Of a stretch of DNA of 64,000 nucleotides, positions 1 to 9,922 are shown piece by piece (position 1 is the first letter of the stretch; each line of letters opens with the position of its first letter). The position numbers and the translations under genes were made by a program. A model generated the notes under the pieces. It was not told the origin of the DNA. It made no database searches and worked only from the letters and a program-made list of their open reading frames with translations. The stretch is from Dehalococcoidia bacterium (GTDB taxonomy: Bacteria; Chloroflexota; Dehalococcoidia; Bin125), in assembly GCA_965263065.1 (NCBI GenBank), contig CBDHGH010000003.1, positions 1,156,537 to 1,220,536 on the forward strand. Reading direction: 5' to 3'.

Positions 1-1104
1 GAGTGCCTGCGCCAGCATCCGCAGGCGCGGGTGGCCTGCGAAACCTCGATCACGACGGGGCTGGTGATGGTCTACGGCGAGATCAGCACCGAGGCCTACG
101 TGGACGTCGACGCGATCGTGCGCGACGTGGTGCGCGAGATCGGCTACACGGACTCGCGCCTGGGCTTCGACGCCGACACGTGCGGCGTGGTCTCGTCGAT
201 CAAGGAGCAGTCCCCGGACATCTCGCTCGGGGTGGACCGATCCTGGGAGCAACGCGAGGAGGAGCGGGCCGACGATCGCTACGAGCGCCAGGGCGCCGGC
301 GACCAGGGCATGATGATCGGCTTCGCGTGCGGGGAGACCGAGGAACTGATGCCGCTGCCGATCGCGCTGGCGCACCAGCTTGCGCAGCGATTGTCGCGCG
401 TGCGGCGCGACGGCACGCTGCCCTGGCTGCGGCCCGACGGCAAGTCGCAGGTGACCGTCGAGTACGCACAGGGCGTGCCGAAGCGGGTCCACACCGTGGT
501 CATCGCCGCCCAGCACGACGACGCGGTCAGCAGCCAGGAGATCCGCAATCAGATCCAGCGCCACGTGATCGAGGCGGTCGTGCCGGCGGCGCTGATGGAC
601 GCCGGCACGCAGGTCTACATCAACCCCACCGGGCGCTTCGTGGTGGGCGGGCCCCGCGGCGACGCCGGGCTGACCGGCCGCAAGATCATCGTCGATACGT
701 ACGGCGGCGTGGCGCGGCACGGCGGCGGCGCGTTCTCGGGCAAGGACCCCTCGAAGGTCGACCGCTCGGCCGCCTACGCCGCGCGCTGGGTGGCGAAGAA
801 CCTGGTCGCCGCGGGGCTGGCCGACCGGCTCGAGATTCAGCTGTCGTACGCGATCGGCGTCGCGCGGCCCACCTCCGTGTCGATCGAGACGTTCGGCACG
901 GCGCGCGTCGCGGAGGAGACCCTCGCGACGCTCGTGGACGAGCACTTCGACCTGCGCCCGGGCGCGATCATCGAAGCGCTGGACCTGCTGCGGCCGATCT
1001 ATCGCCAGACGGCGGCCTTCGGGCACTTCGGGCGCACAGATGTCGAACTGCCCTGGGAGAGCACGGCGATGGCGCTGGGGCTGCGGGCGGCGGCGGGACT
1101 CTGA
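1..1104 (+). CDS. metK: S-adenosylmethionine synthetase, 5'-truncated at window edge
   Basis: Frame 1 reads from base 1 without a start ([30 protein letters not shown]..., cf. MetK 'VACETLVTTGL'). The central and C-terminal MetK domains are present. The stop is at 1104. Confidence 0.9.
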   Translation, partial: ECLRQHPQARVACETSITTGLVMVYGEISTEAYVDVDAIVRDVVREIGYTDSRLGFDADTCGVVSSIKEQSPDISLGVDRSWEQREEERADDRYERQGAGDQGMMIGFACGETEELMPLPIALAHQLAQRLSRVRRDGTLPWLRPDGKSQVTVEYAQGVPKRVHTVVIAAQHDDAVSSQEIRNQIQRHVIEAVVPAALMDAGTQVYINPTGRFVVGGPRGDAGLTGRKIIVDTYGGVARHGGGAFSGKDPSKVDRSAAYAARWVAKNLVAAGLADRLEIQLSYAIGVARPTSVSIETFGTARVAEETLATLVDEHFDLRPGAIIEALDLLRPIYRQTAAFGHFGRTDVELPWESTAMALGLRAAAGL

Positions 1105-1154
1105 AGACTCGCGAATGGGGCCGGGCGAACCCGCGTCGGCGACGACGCCGGCGG

Positions 1155-2546
1155 TTAGGGCGCCAGCGCCAACTCCCGCTCCAAGGCCCCCTGCCAGCGC
1201 GCGTCCAGATCCGCGGCGCGGACCGTCTCCAGGACGTAGTCGCCGAACTCGCGCGATGTCGCGCCGCTGGAGCGGCCGGTCATCGTGATCCGCTTCTCGT
1301 ACTGACCGCAGAGGTCCATCGCCATGTCGAGCTTGCGCCCAAGGTCGGGGAAGCCGATGTGGCTGAGGAGCATCGCGGAGGCGCGAATCATGGAGGAGGG
1401 GTCGGCGTACTGGGCGCGGCCCTCGCGGACCATGCGCGGGGCGGAGCCGTGGATCGCCTCGAACATCGCGTACTGGGTGCCGATGTTGGCGCTGCCGGCG
1501 GTGCCGACGCCGCCCTGGAACTCGGCCGCCTCGTCGGTCAGGATGTCGCCGTAGAGGTTGGGCAGCACCATGACCTGGAAGCTCGATCGCCGCTTGGGGT
1601 CGATCAGCTTCGCGGTCATGATGTCGATGTACCAACCCTCCCAGCGGATGTCCGGGAAGTCCTGCGCGACGAGGCGCGCGGCGTCGAGGAAGGCGCCGTC
1701 GGTCGTCTTGACGACGTTGGCCTTCGTCACGACCGTCACCCACTCCTTGGCGTTGGCCCGCGCGAACTCGAAGGCCAGGCGGATGATGCGCTCGGCGCCG
1801 GGGTCCGAGATGATGCGGAAGTCCATATTGATATCGCCCAGGGACAACCCCTGGCTGCCCAGCGCGTAGATGCCCTCCGTGTTCTCGCGGAAGAAGATCC
1901 AGTCGATGCCCAGGCGCGGCACGCGGACGGGGCGGACGTTGGCGAACAGGTCCAGCTCCTTGCGCATGGCGACGTTGGCGCTCTCGATGTTCGGCCACTC
2001 GTCGCCCTGCTCGGGGGTGGTGGTGGGGCCTTTGAGCGTGACGTGGTAGTCGCGGATCTCGGCTAGCACGTCGTCCGGGATGGCCTTGAGTTGGGCGGCG
2101 CGATTCTCGATCGTGAGGCCGTCGATCGTGCCGAACTGCACCTTGCCGGCGGCCACCTGCCCGGCGAGCAGCTCCTCGAGCAGGCGTCGCGCCTCGGCGG
2201 CGATCGCCGGGCCGATGCCGTCGCCGCCGATGATGCCGATCTTGATCGATTGCAGCGCGCTGAAGTCGGTCGGGGGCGGGGCCAGCCGAATCTTCGCCAC
2301 CCGATCGGCTTGCTCCGCCAGGATCGCGCCGAAACGCTCCTGGGCCTCCGCAATGCTGTGGACATCCGCCACGCTGTCCCCCCTGGTGCTGTCCGCCCCG
2401 CCGGTCAGCGCCGCCCGCACCCGCGCGCGCCCTGCCCCGCTGGGAGCCAAACGGCCGGTGAATTCCCCCAACACCGCCGTCGCCCGGCCGATCGGAGTGT
2501 GCTGCAAGACGGGGCGCGGCGCAATCGCGCCGCGCTCAGACGCCAT
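1155..2546 (-). CDS. icd: isocitrate dehydrogenase (NADP, prokaryotic Icd type); N-terminus uncertain
   Basis: Icd motifs are present: IKIGIIGGDGIGP, YHVTLKGPTTTP, VAMRKELDLFANVRPVR, FFRENTEGIY, SANIGTQYAMFEAIHGSAP. The ATG at 2546 lies 2 nt after the M3-peptidase stop. This gives ~100 residues ahead of the GDGIG motif, longer than in E. coli Icd, so an internal start is possible. Confidence 0.75.
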   Translation of the reverse strand: MASERGAIAPRPVLQHTPIGRATAVLGEFTGRLAPSGAGRARVRAALTGGADSTRGDSVADVHSIAEAQERFGAILAEQADRVAKIRLAPPPTDFSALQSIKIGIIGGDGIGPAIAAEARRLLEELLAGQVAAGKVQFGTIDGLTIENRAAQLKAIPDDVLAEIRDYHVTLKGPTTTPEQGDEWPNIESANVAMRKELDLFANVRPVRVPRLGIDWIFFRENTEGIYALGSQGLSLGDINMDFRIISDPGAERIIRLAFEFARANAKEWVTVVTKANVVKTTDGAFLDAARLVAQDFPDIRWEGWYIDIMTAKLIDPKRRSSFQVMVLPNLYGDILTDEAAEFQGGVGTAGSANIGTQYAMFEAIHGSAPRMVREGRAQYADPSSMIRASAMLLSHIGFPDLGRKLDMAMDLCGQYEKRITMTGRSSGATSREFGDYVLETVRAADLDARWQGALERELALAP

Positions 2547-2548
2547 CC

Positions 2549-4576
2549 TCAGGAGGGGGCCTCCGGGTCGAGGCCGAGGTCGCGCAGGAACGCCACCGGC
2601 GACGGCTCCCGCCCCAGGAACTCGCGCACCAGGGCGTCGCCGTCGCGGGTCCCGCCGGCTTCCAGGATGCCCCGGCGGTAGGCCCGGCCGATGTCCGGCG
2701 CGGGCAGCCCGGCCTCCTCGAAGCGGGTGAACATGTCGTCGCCGGCGACCTTCGACCAGAGGTAGCCGTAGTAGCCGGCGTCGTAGCCGAAGAGGTGCCC
2801 GAAGCCGGCCTGGAAGTGCGTCCCCTCGGGGAACGGGAACCCGGTGATGGCGTGCAACTCCCGCGCGATGGCGTCCGTGTCCTTGCGGGCGCCGTCGCCG
2901 GGCGCGCCGTCGCCGGGCAAGGGCGGCCCGTGGTAGGCCATGTCGAGTCGCGAGAAGTAGATCTGGCGCAGCGTCGCGATGCCGCTGCTGGCATTCTTGG
3001 CGGCGATCATGCGCCGCACGAGGTCGTCGGGGATGGGGTCGCCGGTGCGGTGGTGGCGGGTGAAGCCGCGCAACACCTCGGGCTGCCAGCACCAGTGCTC
3101 CAGCATCTGCGACGGCGCCTCGACGAAGTCCCGCTCGACGCTGGTGCCCGAGAAGCGCAGGTAGCGCGCCCGCGTCAGCGTCTGGTGCAGGATGTGCCCG
3201 AACTCGTGGAACAGCGTCACGACCTCGGAGTGCTGCAGCAGCGAGGGCGTGGTCGGCGTCGGCTTGGTGAAATTCGCGACGATGGCGCTCACGGGGGCTT
3301 GGTATCCCGATCCGGCGGGCTGCGCCCGCCCGCCCTGCAACGAGAACGCGGCCGCGTGCCCGAACTTGCCGGGGCGGGGATGCAGGTCCATGTAGAAGTG
3401 CCCCACCACGCCGCCCCCGGCCTGACCATCGGTGTCCCGGTCCTCGATGTCGAAGAAGCGCACGTCGGGGTGCCAGGCGCCGGCGCCGTCGCGGGGCAGG
3501 AAGCGCACGCCGGTGAGCCCCTCGTAGACGCGGAAGAGGCCGTCGAGGACGGCGTCGAGGGGGAAGTACTCGGCGACCTCGAAGGCATCGACTTGGTACT
3601 CCTCGCGCAGCAGGCGCTGCGTCAGGTAGCGCCAGTCCCAGATCGCGAAGTCGGCCCCGGCCAGCGCGCGCAGGCGCGCCATGTCGGCCGCCGCCTTGGG
3701 GCGCACGCGGGCCTCGAGATCGCTCAGGAACTCCAGCACGATCTCGGGCGAGCGGGCCACGCGGATCTCGGTCTGGTAGTCGGCCCACGAGCGGTAGCCC
3801 AGGATCGACGCGATCTCGGCGCGCAGGCCGATCGCCTCCTCCAAGAGCGGCAGGTTGGCCTGGGCGGCCTTGTTGTGGTTCTTGCGGAACAGCTCCTCGC
3901 GCAGGCCGCCGTCGTGGGCGTTCTCCATGAAGGGGACCATGTCGGGGTAGTCGAGCGACACGCGATAGCGGGTCTCGCCGTCCCGCTGCTCCGTGGCGAG
4001 CCCGTCGATGTAGGCGTCCGGCAGGCCGTCGAGCTGGGCGCGCGACACGACGATCGCGTCCTCGTACTCGTCGATGTTGCGGCGGAAGGCGATGCCCAGC
4101 TGCACCAAGCGCTCCTTGAGGTCGCGCAGGCGGCGGCGGCGCGCCGCGTCCAGCGACATCCCGTTGCGACGGAAGTCGCGCAGGCCGAAGTCCAGGTAGC
4201 GCGACGCCTCGGGCTCCGTCGCGCGGTCCTGGGAGACGCCGTCGAGCGCGCGCAGGGCGGCGTCGAGCTCCTCGCGGAAGCCCAGCCCGGTCGCGAAGGT
4301 GTCCAGCTTCTCCTCGGCCGCGTGCGCGGTCTCGCGCAGGGCGGCGTCGGGCGAGACCTGGGAGAGGAAGCCGTAGCGGCCGCCGGCCTGCATCAGCAGG
4401 TCGCTGATCTCGTCCACGGGGTGCAGCGTGTTCGCCACGCTGCGCGCGGCGTCGGGCACGGCCGCGATCTCGCCCACGAGCGATTCCGCGCGCACGATCG
4501 CCGAGTCGATGCCCGCCTGCACGTCGGCGGGCGTGACCGACGCGTAGTCGAAGGGGACGGCGTGTGCGGGATCCAT
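2549..4576 (-). CDS. dcp: M3-family zinc metallopeptidase (peptidyl-dipeptidase Dcp / oligopeptidase A-like)
   Basis: 675 aa with the HEFGHILHQ zinc motif. The length is typical of Dcp. The ATG at 4576 is checked in sequence. Confidence 0.85.
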   Translation of the reverse strand: MDPAHAVPFDYASVTPADVQAGIDSAIVRAESLVGEIAAVPDAARSVANTLHPVDEISDLLMQAGGRYGFLSQVSPDAALRETAHAAEEKLDTFATGLGFREELDAALRALDGVSQDRATEPEASRYLDFGLRDFRRNGMSLDAARRRRLRDLKERLVQLGIAFRRNIDEYEDAIVVSRAQLDGLPDAYIDGLATEQRDGETRYRVSLDYPDMVPFMENAHDGGLREELFRKNHNKAAQANLPLLEEAIGLRAEIASILGYRSWADYQTEIRVARSPEIVLEFLSDLEARVRPKAAADMARLRALAGADFAIWDWRYLTQRLLREEYQVDAFEVAEYFPLDAVLDGLFRVYEGLTGVRFLPRDGAGAWHPDVRFFDIEDRDTDGQAGGGVVGHFYMDLHPRPGKFGHAAAFSLQGGRAQPAGSGYQAPVSAIVANFTKPTPTTPSLLQHSEVVTLFHEFGHILHQTLTRARYLRFSGTSVERDFVEAPSQMLEHWCWQPEVLRGFTRHHRTGDPIPDDLVRRMIAAKNASSGIATLRQIYFSRLDMAYHGPPLPGDGAPGDGARKDTDAIARELHAITGFPFPEGTHFQAGFGHLFGYDAGYYGYLWSKVAGDDMFTRFEEAGLPAPDIGRAYRRGILEAGGTRDGDALVREFLGREPSPVAFLRDLGLDPEAPS

Positions 4577-4741
4577 CGCGTGCCTCTCCGCGGCGCGGCC
4601 AGTGGCAACTTAGGTGGCGCCGTCGGCAAGCAGGCTACCAGCGGGCCCCGTCGGCGCTCGACGGCGAGGGCAGGGGCGCTAGTCTCATCCCGCGCGACCA
4701 CCACCTCGTCGTCGCATGCCCGTCCGGAAGGCGGACCCCCC

Positions 4742-6145
4742 ATGACCGACACCGACCTCAACTTCGCGTCGATACGGCAGTTGGCGGCGCTCGTGCGCGA
4801 GAAGCGGATCTCGCCACTGGAGCTGATGGAGCACACGCTGGCGCGCGTCGAGGCACTCAACCCGCGGCTCAACGCACTCGTGCAGTTGGATGCGGAGACC
4901 GCGCGCGCCGAAGCGGCGGCGCAGACGGCGCGGCTCGCCGCCGGCGAGGACCTGGGGCCGCTGGGCGGCGTGCCCGCCGGGGTCAAGGACCTGGAGAACG
5001 CGACGGGGTTCATCACGACACAGGGCTCGCCGCTGCACGCCCACGACGCGCCGGCCGACTTCGACGACGTACACATCGAGCGGCTCAAGGCGGCGGGGGC
5101 GATCGTCGTCGGGAAGACGAACACGCCCGAGTTCGGCCTGGTGCCCTACACCGACAACGAGGTCTTCGGGGTGACGCGCAACCCCTGGAACCTGGAGCGC
5201 ACGCCGGGCGGCTCCAGCGGCGGCTCCTCCGCCGCCCTGGCGTCGGGGATGCTGGCCCTGGCGACGGCCTCGGACGGGGGCGGCTCGATCCGGATTCCGG
5301 CCTGCTACACGGGGCTGTACGGGCTGAAGCCGTCGTTCGGGCGGGTGCCGATCGCGCCGCGGCGGCACGACGCCTGGATGGACACGAGCGTCTACGGGCC
5401 ACTGACGCGGACGGTGGCCGACGCCGCCCTGCTGATGGACGTCATGGCGGGCCCCGACGCGCGCGACCGCAACACGCTGCCGGCGGAGCCGCGGTCGTAC
5501 GGGGAGCGGCTGGCGGAGCCGCTGCCGCGGCTGCGGATCGCGTTCAACCGCACGCTGGGCGTCACGCGGCTGCAGACCGACGTCGAGCGGGAGGTCGAGG
5601 CGGCGGTATCGGTCTTCCGCGAGCTGGGCCACGAGGTGGAGGAGAACCAGGACGCGATCCCGGAGACGGGCCGCTTCTGGAACGACGTGACCGCCTGGAA
5701 CAACGTCGCGATGCACTGGCAGGACTACACGACGCGCCACAACGAGTACGGCGAGACGGTCGTGCAGATCCTCGACCACGGCCTGGGCCTCGACCCGGAG
5801 CGGATGGGGCGCTTCATGGAGCTGCGGCAGACGATCACGGCCTGGACGGCGGAGCTGTTCGGGGACTACGACCTGCTGCTGACCCCGACCCTGCCGACGG
5901 AGGCGTTCGCGGCCTCGGGGCCGGTCCCGCGCACGCTGTACGGCGAGAAGTTCCCCACCATTGCGCTGACCTACCCCTTCAACTTCAGCGGGCATCCGGC
6001 GGCCAGCGTGCCTGCGGGCCTGACCGACGCGGGCCTGCCCTGCGGCTTGCAGATCGTCGGGCCGCGCTTCCGCGACGACCTGGTGCTGCGGGCCTCGCTG
6101 GCCTACGAGGAGGCGCGGCCCTGGGATCGCTGGCCGCGGCTCTGA
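4742..6145 (+). CDS. amidase-signature family amidase (GatA-like)
   Basis: MTDTDLNFASIRQL... carries the amidase signature GGSSGGSSAALASG ... GGSIRIPA and the KDLENATG motif. The ATG at 4742 lies inside the longer spurious ORF 2795..6145. Confidence 0.85.
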   Translation: MTDTDLNFASIRQLAALVREKRISPLELMEHTLARVEALNPRLNALVQLDAETARAEAAAQTARLAAGEDLGPLGGVPAGVKDLENATGFITTQGSPLHAHDAPADFDDVHIERLKAAGAIVVGKTNTPEFGLVPYTDNEVFGVTRNPWNLERTPGGSSGGSSAALASGMLALATASDGGGSIRIPACYTGLYGLKPSFGRVPIAPRRHDAWMDTSVYGPLTRTVADAALLMDVMAGPDARDRNTLPAEPRSYGERLAEPLPRLRIAFNRTLGVTRLQTDVEREVEAAVSVFRELGHEVEENQDAIPETGRFWNDVTAWNNVAMHWQDYTTRHNEYGETVVQILDHGLGLDPERMGRFMELRQTITAWTAELFGDYDLLLTPTLPTEAFAASGPVPRTLYGEKFPTIALTYPFNFSGHPAASVPAGLTDAGLPCGLQIVGPRFRDDLVLRASLAYEEARPWDRWPRL

Positions 6146-6224
6146 CGACCGACCGTGGGCGAGAGCGTCGATATACTCGATGCTCGCCAAGGCACGGGCA
6201 GACGACCACCACATTGAGGGCGCG

Positions 6225-8867
6225 ATGATCACTCACGACGACGCTTCCGGTCCGAACGTTCTCACGCAGGTCGAGGCCGCCGATCGCGCGGCCCTGATCC
6301 ACGGGGTCGAGTACGACCTCGCGCTCTCGCTGCGCGCCGGTCGGCCCGACTACGAGGGCGACGTCACGATCCGCTTTGAGCACCGCGACCCGGCGGCCGG
6401 GGTTTTCCTCGACTGCACGGGCGAGGAGATCGTGCGGCTCGACGTCAACGACGCCGACGCGCTGGAGTCGGAGGGCGTGCGCTGGTCGCGCAACCGGCTG
6501 ACGTTGCCCGGGTCGCTGCTGCGAGCGGGGAACATCGTGCGGGTGGTGTATCGCAACGCCTACGACCACAGCGGCGTGGGGCTGCATCAGTTCCGCGACC
6601 CCGAGGACGGCGCCGAGTACCTCTACACGCAGTTCGAGCCGTACGAGGCGCATCGCATGCTGCCCTGCTTCGACCAGCCCGACATCAAGGCGCGCTACCG
6701 GCTGCGGGTGGCGGCGCCGGCCGACTGGTCGGTGGTGTCGAACGCGCCCGAGACGGGCGCCGCGCCCGCCCCCGGCGCCGACGGCGAGCCGTCGCGCAGG
6801 CTGCACGAGTTCGCCCGGACGCAGCTCTTCAGCCCCTACCTGCTGGCGCTGATCGCGGGGCCGTACCACGTGTTCACCGACCTCCATGTCAGCGATGGGC
6901 ATGTCAGCGATGGGCAGGGCGAGACGCCGCTGGGCATCTACTGCCGCAAGTCGCTGGCGGCGCACATGGACCCTGAGGAGTTCTTCGAGATCACGAAGCA
7001 GGGGCTGACCTTCTTCGCGGAGTTCTTCGACTGGCCCTACCCGTTCGAGAAGTACGACCAACTCTTCGTGCCCGAGTTCAACTTCGGGGCGATGGAGAAC
7101 GTCGGCGCGATCACGTTCAGCGAGCGCATGGTCTTCCGCGACCCGCCCACCGACCTGCAGCGCCTCAACCGGGCGGAGGTCGTGCTGCACGAGATGGCGC
7201 ACATGTGGTTCGGCGACCTGGTGACGATGCGCTGGTGGAACGACCTCTGGCTCAACGAGAGCTTCGCGACGTACATGTCGTACCTGGCGATGCAGGAGGC
7301 GACGCGCTTCCGCGGCGGGGCCTGGCCGGCCTTCCACGCGCGCATGAAGGCCTGGGCCTACGAGCAGGACCAGCTGGTCACGACGCACCCGATCTCGGGC
7401 GAGGTGCCCGACACCGACGCGACCTTCCTCAACTTCGACGGCATCACCTACGGCAAGGGCGCGTCGGTGCTGAAGCAACTCGTCGCCGCGATCGGGCGCG
7501 AGGGCTTCCGCGACGGCATGCGCCACTACTTCCGCACGCACGCCTGGGGCAACACGACGCTGGCCCAATTCCTGGCCGCGCTCTCGCACGGGGCGGGCCG
7601 CGACCTGGAGGAGTGGTCGCAGCTGTGGCTGGAGCAGGCGGGGCTGAACACGCTGAGCGCCGAGTGGGAGGCGCCGGATGGGCGCCTGTCGGCGTTCACG
7701 GTGGCGCAGGGCGCGCCGCCCGACCACCCGACGCTGCGCCCGCACCGCGTCGAGATCGCCCTCTTCGACGTCGGCGCCGACGGCGCGCCGGCGCTGCGCA
7801 CGGCCGTGCCGGCCGATGTCGCCGGCGCGCGCACAGTCATCGAGGAGTTGGTGGGGGCGGCGGCGCCGTCGGCCGCGTTCCCCAACCACGACGACCACGG
7901 CTACGCGAAGATCGCGCTGGACCCGGCGTCGCTGGACTTCGTCCGGGAGCGGCTGGAGCGCTTCGACGATCCGCTGCTGCGGCTGCAGCTCTGGCAGTCG
8001 CTGTGGGAGATGGTGCGGGACCAGCAGTTCCGCTCGACGGAGTGGCTGGCGATGGTGCACGCCAAGCTGCCGCACGAGCCGGCGCTGGAGCTGGTCGCGA
8101 CGACGCTGGCGCACGCGCAGCACGTGATCGGCGCCTACGTGCCGGAGTCGCGCCGCCTGACGGAGGCGCGGGCGCTGTTCGATCTGGCGGCCGAGCAGCT
8201 GCCGCGGGTCGCGAGTCAGGACCTGCGGATCACCTGGGCCCGCAACCTGGTGGGCGTGGCGGCGGAGCCGGCATCGGTGACGGCGGCCTGGCGGCTCGTC
8301 GATGAGGGCAGCGGGATCGAGGGCTTTGAGCTGGACCAGGACATGCGCTGGTCGCTCGCGATCCGGGCCGCGGCGCAGGCGGCGCCCGACGCGGGCGCCC
8401 GCCTGGCCGGCGAGCGCGCGCGGGACGGCAGCGACCGCGGGCAGCGGGCGCTCGAGACGGCCGCGGTGGCGCGCCCGGATGCGGACGTGAAGGCCGAAGC
8501 CTGGACCCGCTTCCGCGAGGACCGCGACTCGTCGCTGCACATCGTCCGATCGGCGATGGGCGGCTTCTGGGCCAACCGCGACTGGTGGCTGGAGAATCCG
8601 GCGCTGCTGAGCGAGTACGTCACGCGTTTCTTCGCCGAGATCCGCGGGATCTTCGAGGGCCGCGACAAGGACTTCGCGACCAGCTTCTTCCGCCAGCTCT
8701 ACCCGTCGCAGATCCCGACCGAGGACACGATCAGCCGCACGCGGGCGGTGCTCGACTCGCTGACGGAGGGCGAGGTGCTGCTGCGCCGCAGCCTGCGCGA
8801 GGCGCTGGACGAGGCGCAGCGGGCGCAGGCCTGCCGGGCCTTCGCGATCTCAAAAGCCAAGAGTTAA
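6225..8867 (+). CDS. pepN: aminopeptidase N (M1 family)
   Basis: The gluzincin motif HEMAHMWFGDLVTMRWWNDLWLNESFATY (HExxH...E) is present, and the size is ~880 aa. An alternative ATG exists at 6180. The one at 6225 follows a GAGGG Shine-Dalgarno. Confidence 0.85.
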   Translation: MITHDDASGPNVLTQVEAADRAALIHGVEYDLALSLRAGRPDYEGDVTIRFEHRDPAAGVFLDCTGEEIVRLDVNDADALESEGVRWSRNRLTLPGSLLRAGNIVRVVYRNAYDHSGVGLHQFRDPEDGAEYLYTQFEPYEAHRMLPCFDQPDIKARYRLRVAAPADWSVVSNAPETGAAPAPGADGEPSRRLHEFARTQLFSPYLLALIAGPYHVFTDLHVSDGHVSDGQGETPLGIYCRKSLAAHMDPEEFFEITKQGLTFFAEFFDWPYPFEKYDQLFVPEFNFGAMENVGAITFSERMVFRDPPTDLQRLNRAEVVLHEMAHMWFGDLVTMRWWNDLWLNESFATYMSYLAMQEATRFRGGAWPAFHARMKAWAYEQDQLVTTHPISGEVPDTDATFLNFDGITYGKGASVLKQLVAAIGREGFRDGMRHYFRTHAWGNTTLAQFLAALSHGAGRDLEEWSQLWLEQAGLNTLSAEWEAPDGRLSAFTVAQGAPPDHPTLRPHRVEIALFDVGADGAPALRTAVPADVAGARTVIEELVGAAAPSAAFPNHDDHGYAKIALDPASLDFVRERLERFDDPLLRLQLWQSLWEMVRDQQFRSTEWLAMVHAKLPHEPALELVATTLAHAQHVIGAYVPESRRLTEARALFDLAAEQLPRVASQDLRITWARNLVGVAAEPASVTAAWRLVDEGSGIEGFELDQDMRWSLAIRAAAQAAPDAGARLAGERARDGSDRGQRALETAAVARPDADVKAEAWTRFREDRDSSLHIVRSAMGGFWANRDWWLENPALLSEYVTRFFAEIRGIFEGRDKDFATSFFRQLYPSQIPTEDTISRTRAVLDSLTEGEVLLRRSLREALDEAQRAQACRAFAISKAKS

Positions 8868-8875
8868 GGACTGAC

Positions 8876-9733
8876 ATGGAACGCTTCGCTGCCATTGATG
8901 TCGAAACCGCGAATGAGCGGCTCGAGTCAATCTGCTCGGTCGGACTGGCTCTATTCGAGAACGGCGAAGTCACTGACGAGTTGTACACAGTCATTGATCC
9001 TCACGAAGAGTTCTCCGGGATGAACATCATGATCCACGGTATCCACCCGGAAGATGTGCAGGGAGCCCCAACCTTTGCGGAGGTACTGCCGAAGCTGATT
9101 GAGTTCGTTGGTGATGCACCGGTCATCCATCACACGCATTTCGATCGGACCGCAGTGCGACAGGCGGCCTCGCGATGGAACATCCAAGCACCCCAATGGG
9201 AATGGATCGATTCTGCGAGAGTGACGCGACGAGTGTGGCCAGATCGCCGCAAGCGCGGGTACGGGCTCATGCCGGTATGCGAGATGATCGGGTACGATTT
9301 TGAGCACCACCACGCCTTGGAAGACGCCAAAGCGGCGGGGCACATCATTCTTGCCGCTTTGGAGAAGGTCGGCACGGATATTCCGCTGACCGCGATGCTC
9401 GACATCAATCCGACTGCGAGGAGCCGCGAGCGATTCGCGGGCCAGGCCACCGGTGAAGGGCCCCTGGACGGCGAAGTCGTCGTGTTCACTGGGACACTGG
9501 TCATCCCACGACGGGAGGCCTCGGCCATAGCGCGCGGCTTGGGCTGCACAGTAGCGGACGCTGTGAATCGAAAAACGACCCTTGTGGTTGTAGGTGATCA
9601 GGATCTGAGTAAACTCGCGGGGGCAGAGAGGAGCAGCAAACATCGGCGTGCCGAAGCGTTGATCGCCGACGGATACGACATCCGTATCCTGTCAGAGGCT
9701 GATTTCATCGCCATGCTGCCTGAGAACGGGTAG
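8876..9733 (+). CDS. DnaQ-like DEDDh 3'-5' exonuclease fused to a C-terminal BRCT domain
   Basis: The N-terminal exonuclease motifs are FAAIDVETAN (Exo I), IHHTHFDR (Exo II) and HHALEDAKA (Exo III, DEDDh). The C-terminal ~90 aa (VVFTGTL...TLVVVGD...) has the BRCT pattern. The gene is ~52 % GC against ~72 % around it. Confidence 0.8.
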   Translation: MERFAAIDVETANERLESICSVGLALFENGEVTDELYTVIDPHEEFSGMNIMIHGIHPEDVQGAPTFAEVLPKLIEFVGDAPVIHHTHFDRTAVRQAASRWNIQAPQWEWIDSARVTRRVWPDRRKRGYGLMPVCEMIGYDFEHHHALEDAKAAGHIILAALEKVGTDIPLTAMLDINPTARSRERFAGQATGEGPLDGEVVVFTGTLVIPRREASAIARGLGCTVADAVNRKTTLVVVGDQDLSKLAGAERSSKHRRAEALIADGYDIRILSEADFIAMLPENG

Positions 9734-9922
9734 CTACCATGCAGATCACCACCTGTTGCAAGTGTCCGGTCAAAGGCATGACTACCAACTTGGCGCCCTC
9801 GTCGACGCTTCGCGGTGTTCAACGCGAGCCAGTCCGCTTGCGCAGCCTAATCCGAGTCACTTATTAGCGGTCTCGACATCGGCGGCGCATCAACCGTTGT
9901 CGAGGAGCTAGCAGGGCAAGGC

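Noticed and set aside
3-2066. 687-aa ORF in the + strand spanning metK and the antisense of icd
   Set aside because: It is a frame-shifted and antisense read-through typical of a >70 % GC genome. Its Arg/Gly/Ala/Pro composition is that of non-coding GC frames, and the real genes (metK in frame 1, icd on the minus strand) explain the region.
2795-8540. Very long overlapping ORFs (2795..6145 +, 4564..6228 +, 4685..6232 -, 5985..8540 -)
   Set aside because: They overlap the well-supported dcp, amidase and pepN genes in other frames or on the opposite strand. They have no motifs and their composition is Arg/Pro/Gly/Ala-dominated.
9742-9867. 41-codon Cys-rich ORF (MQITTCCKCPVKG...) in the low-GC spacer after the exonuclease gene
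   Set aside because: It is too short and has no Shine-Dalgarno or homology to judge. It is mentioned only as part of the island finding.
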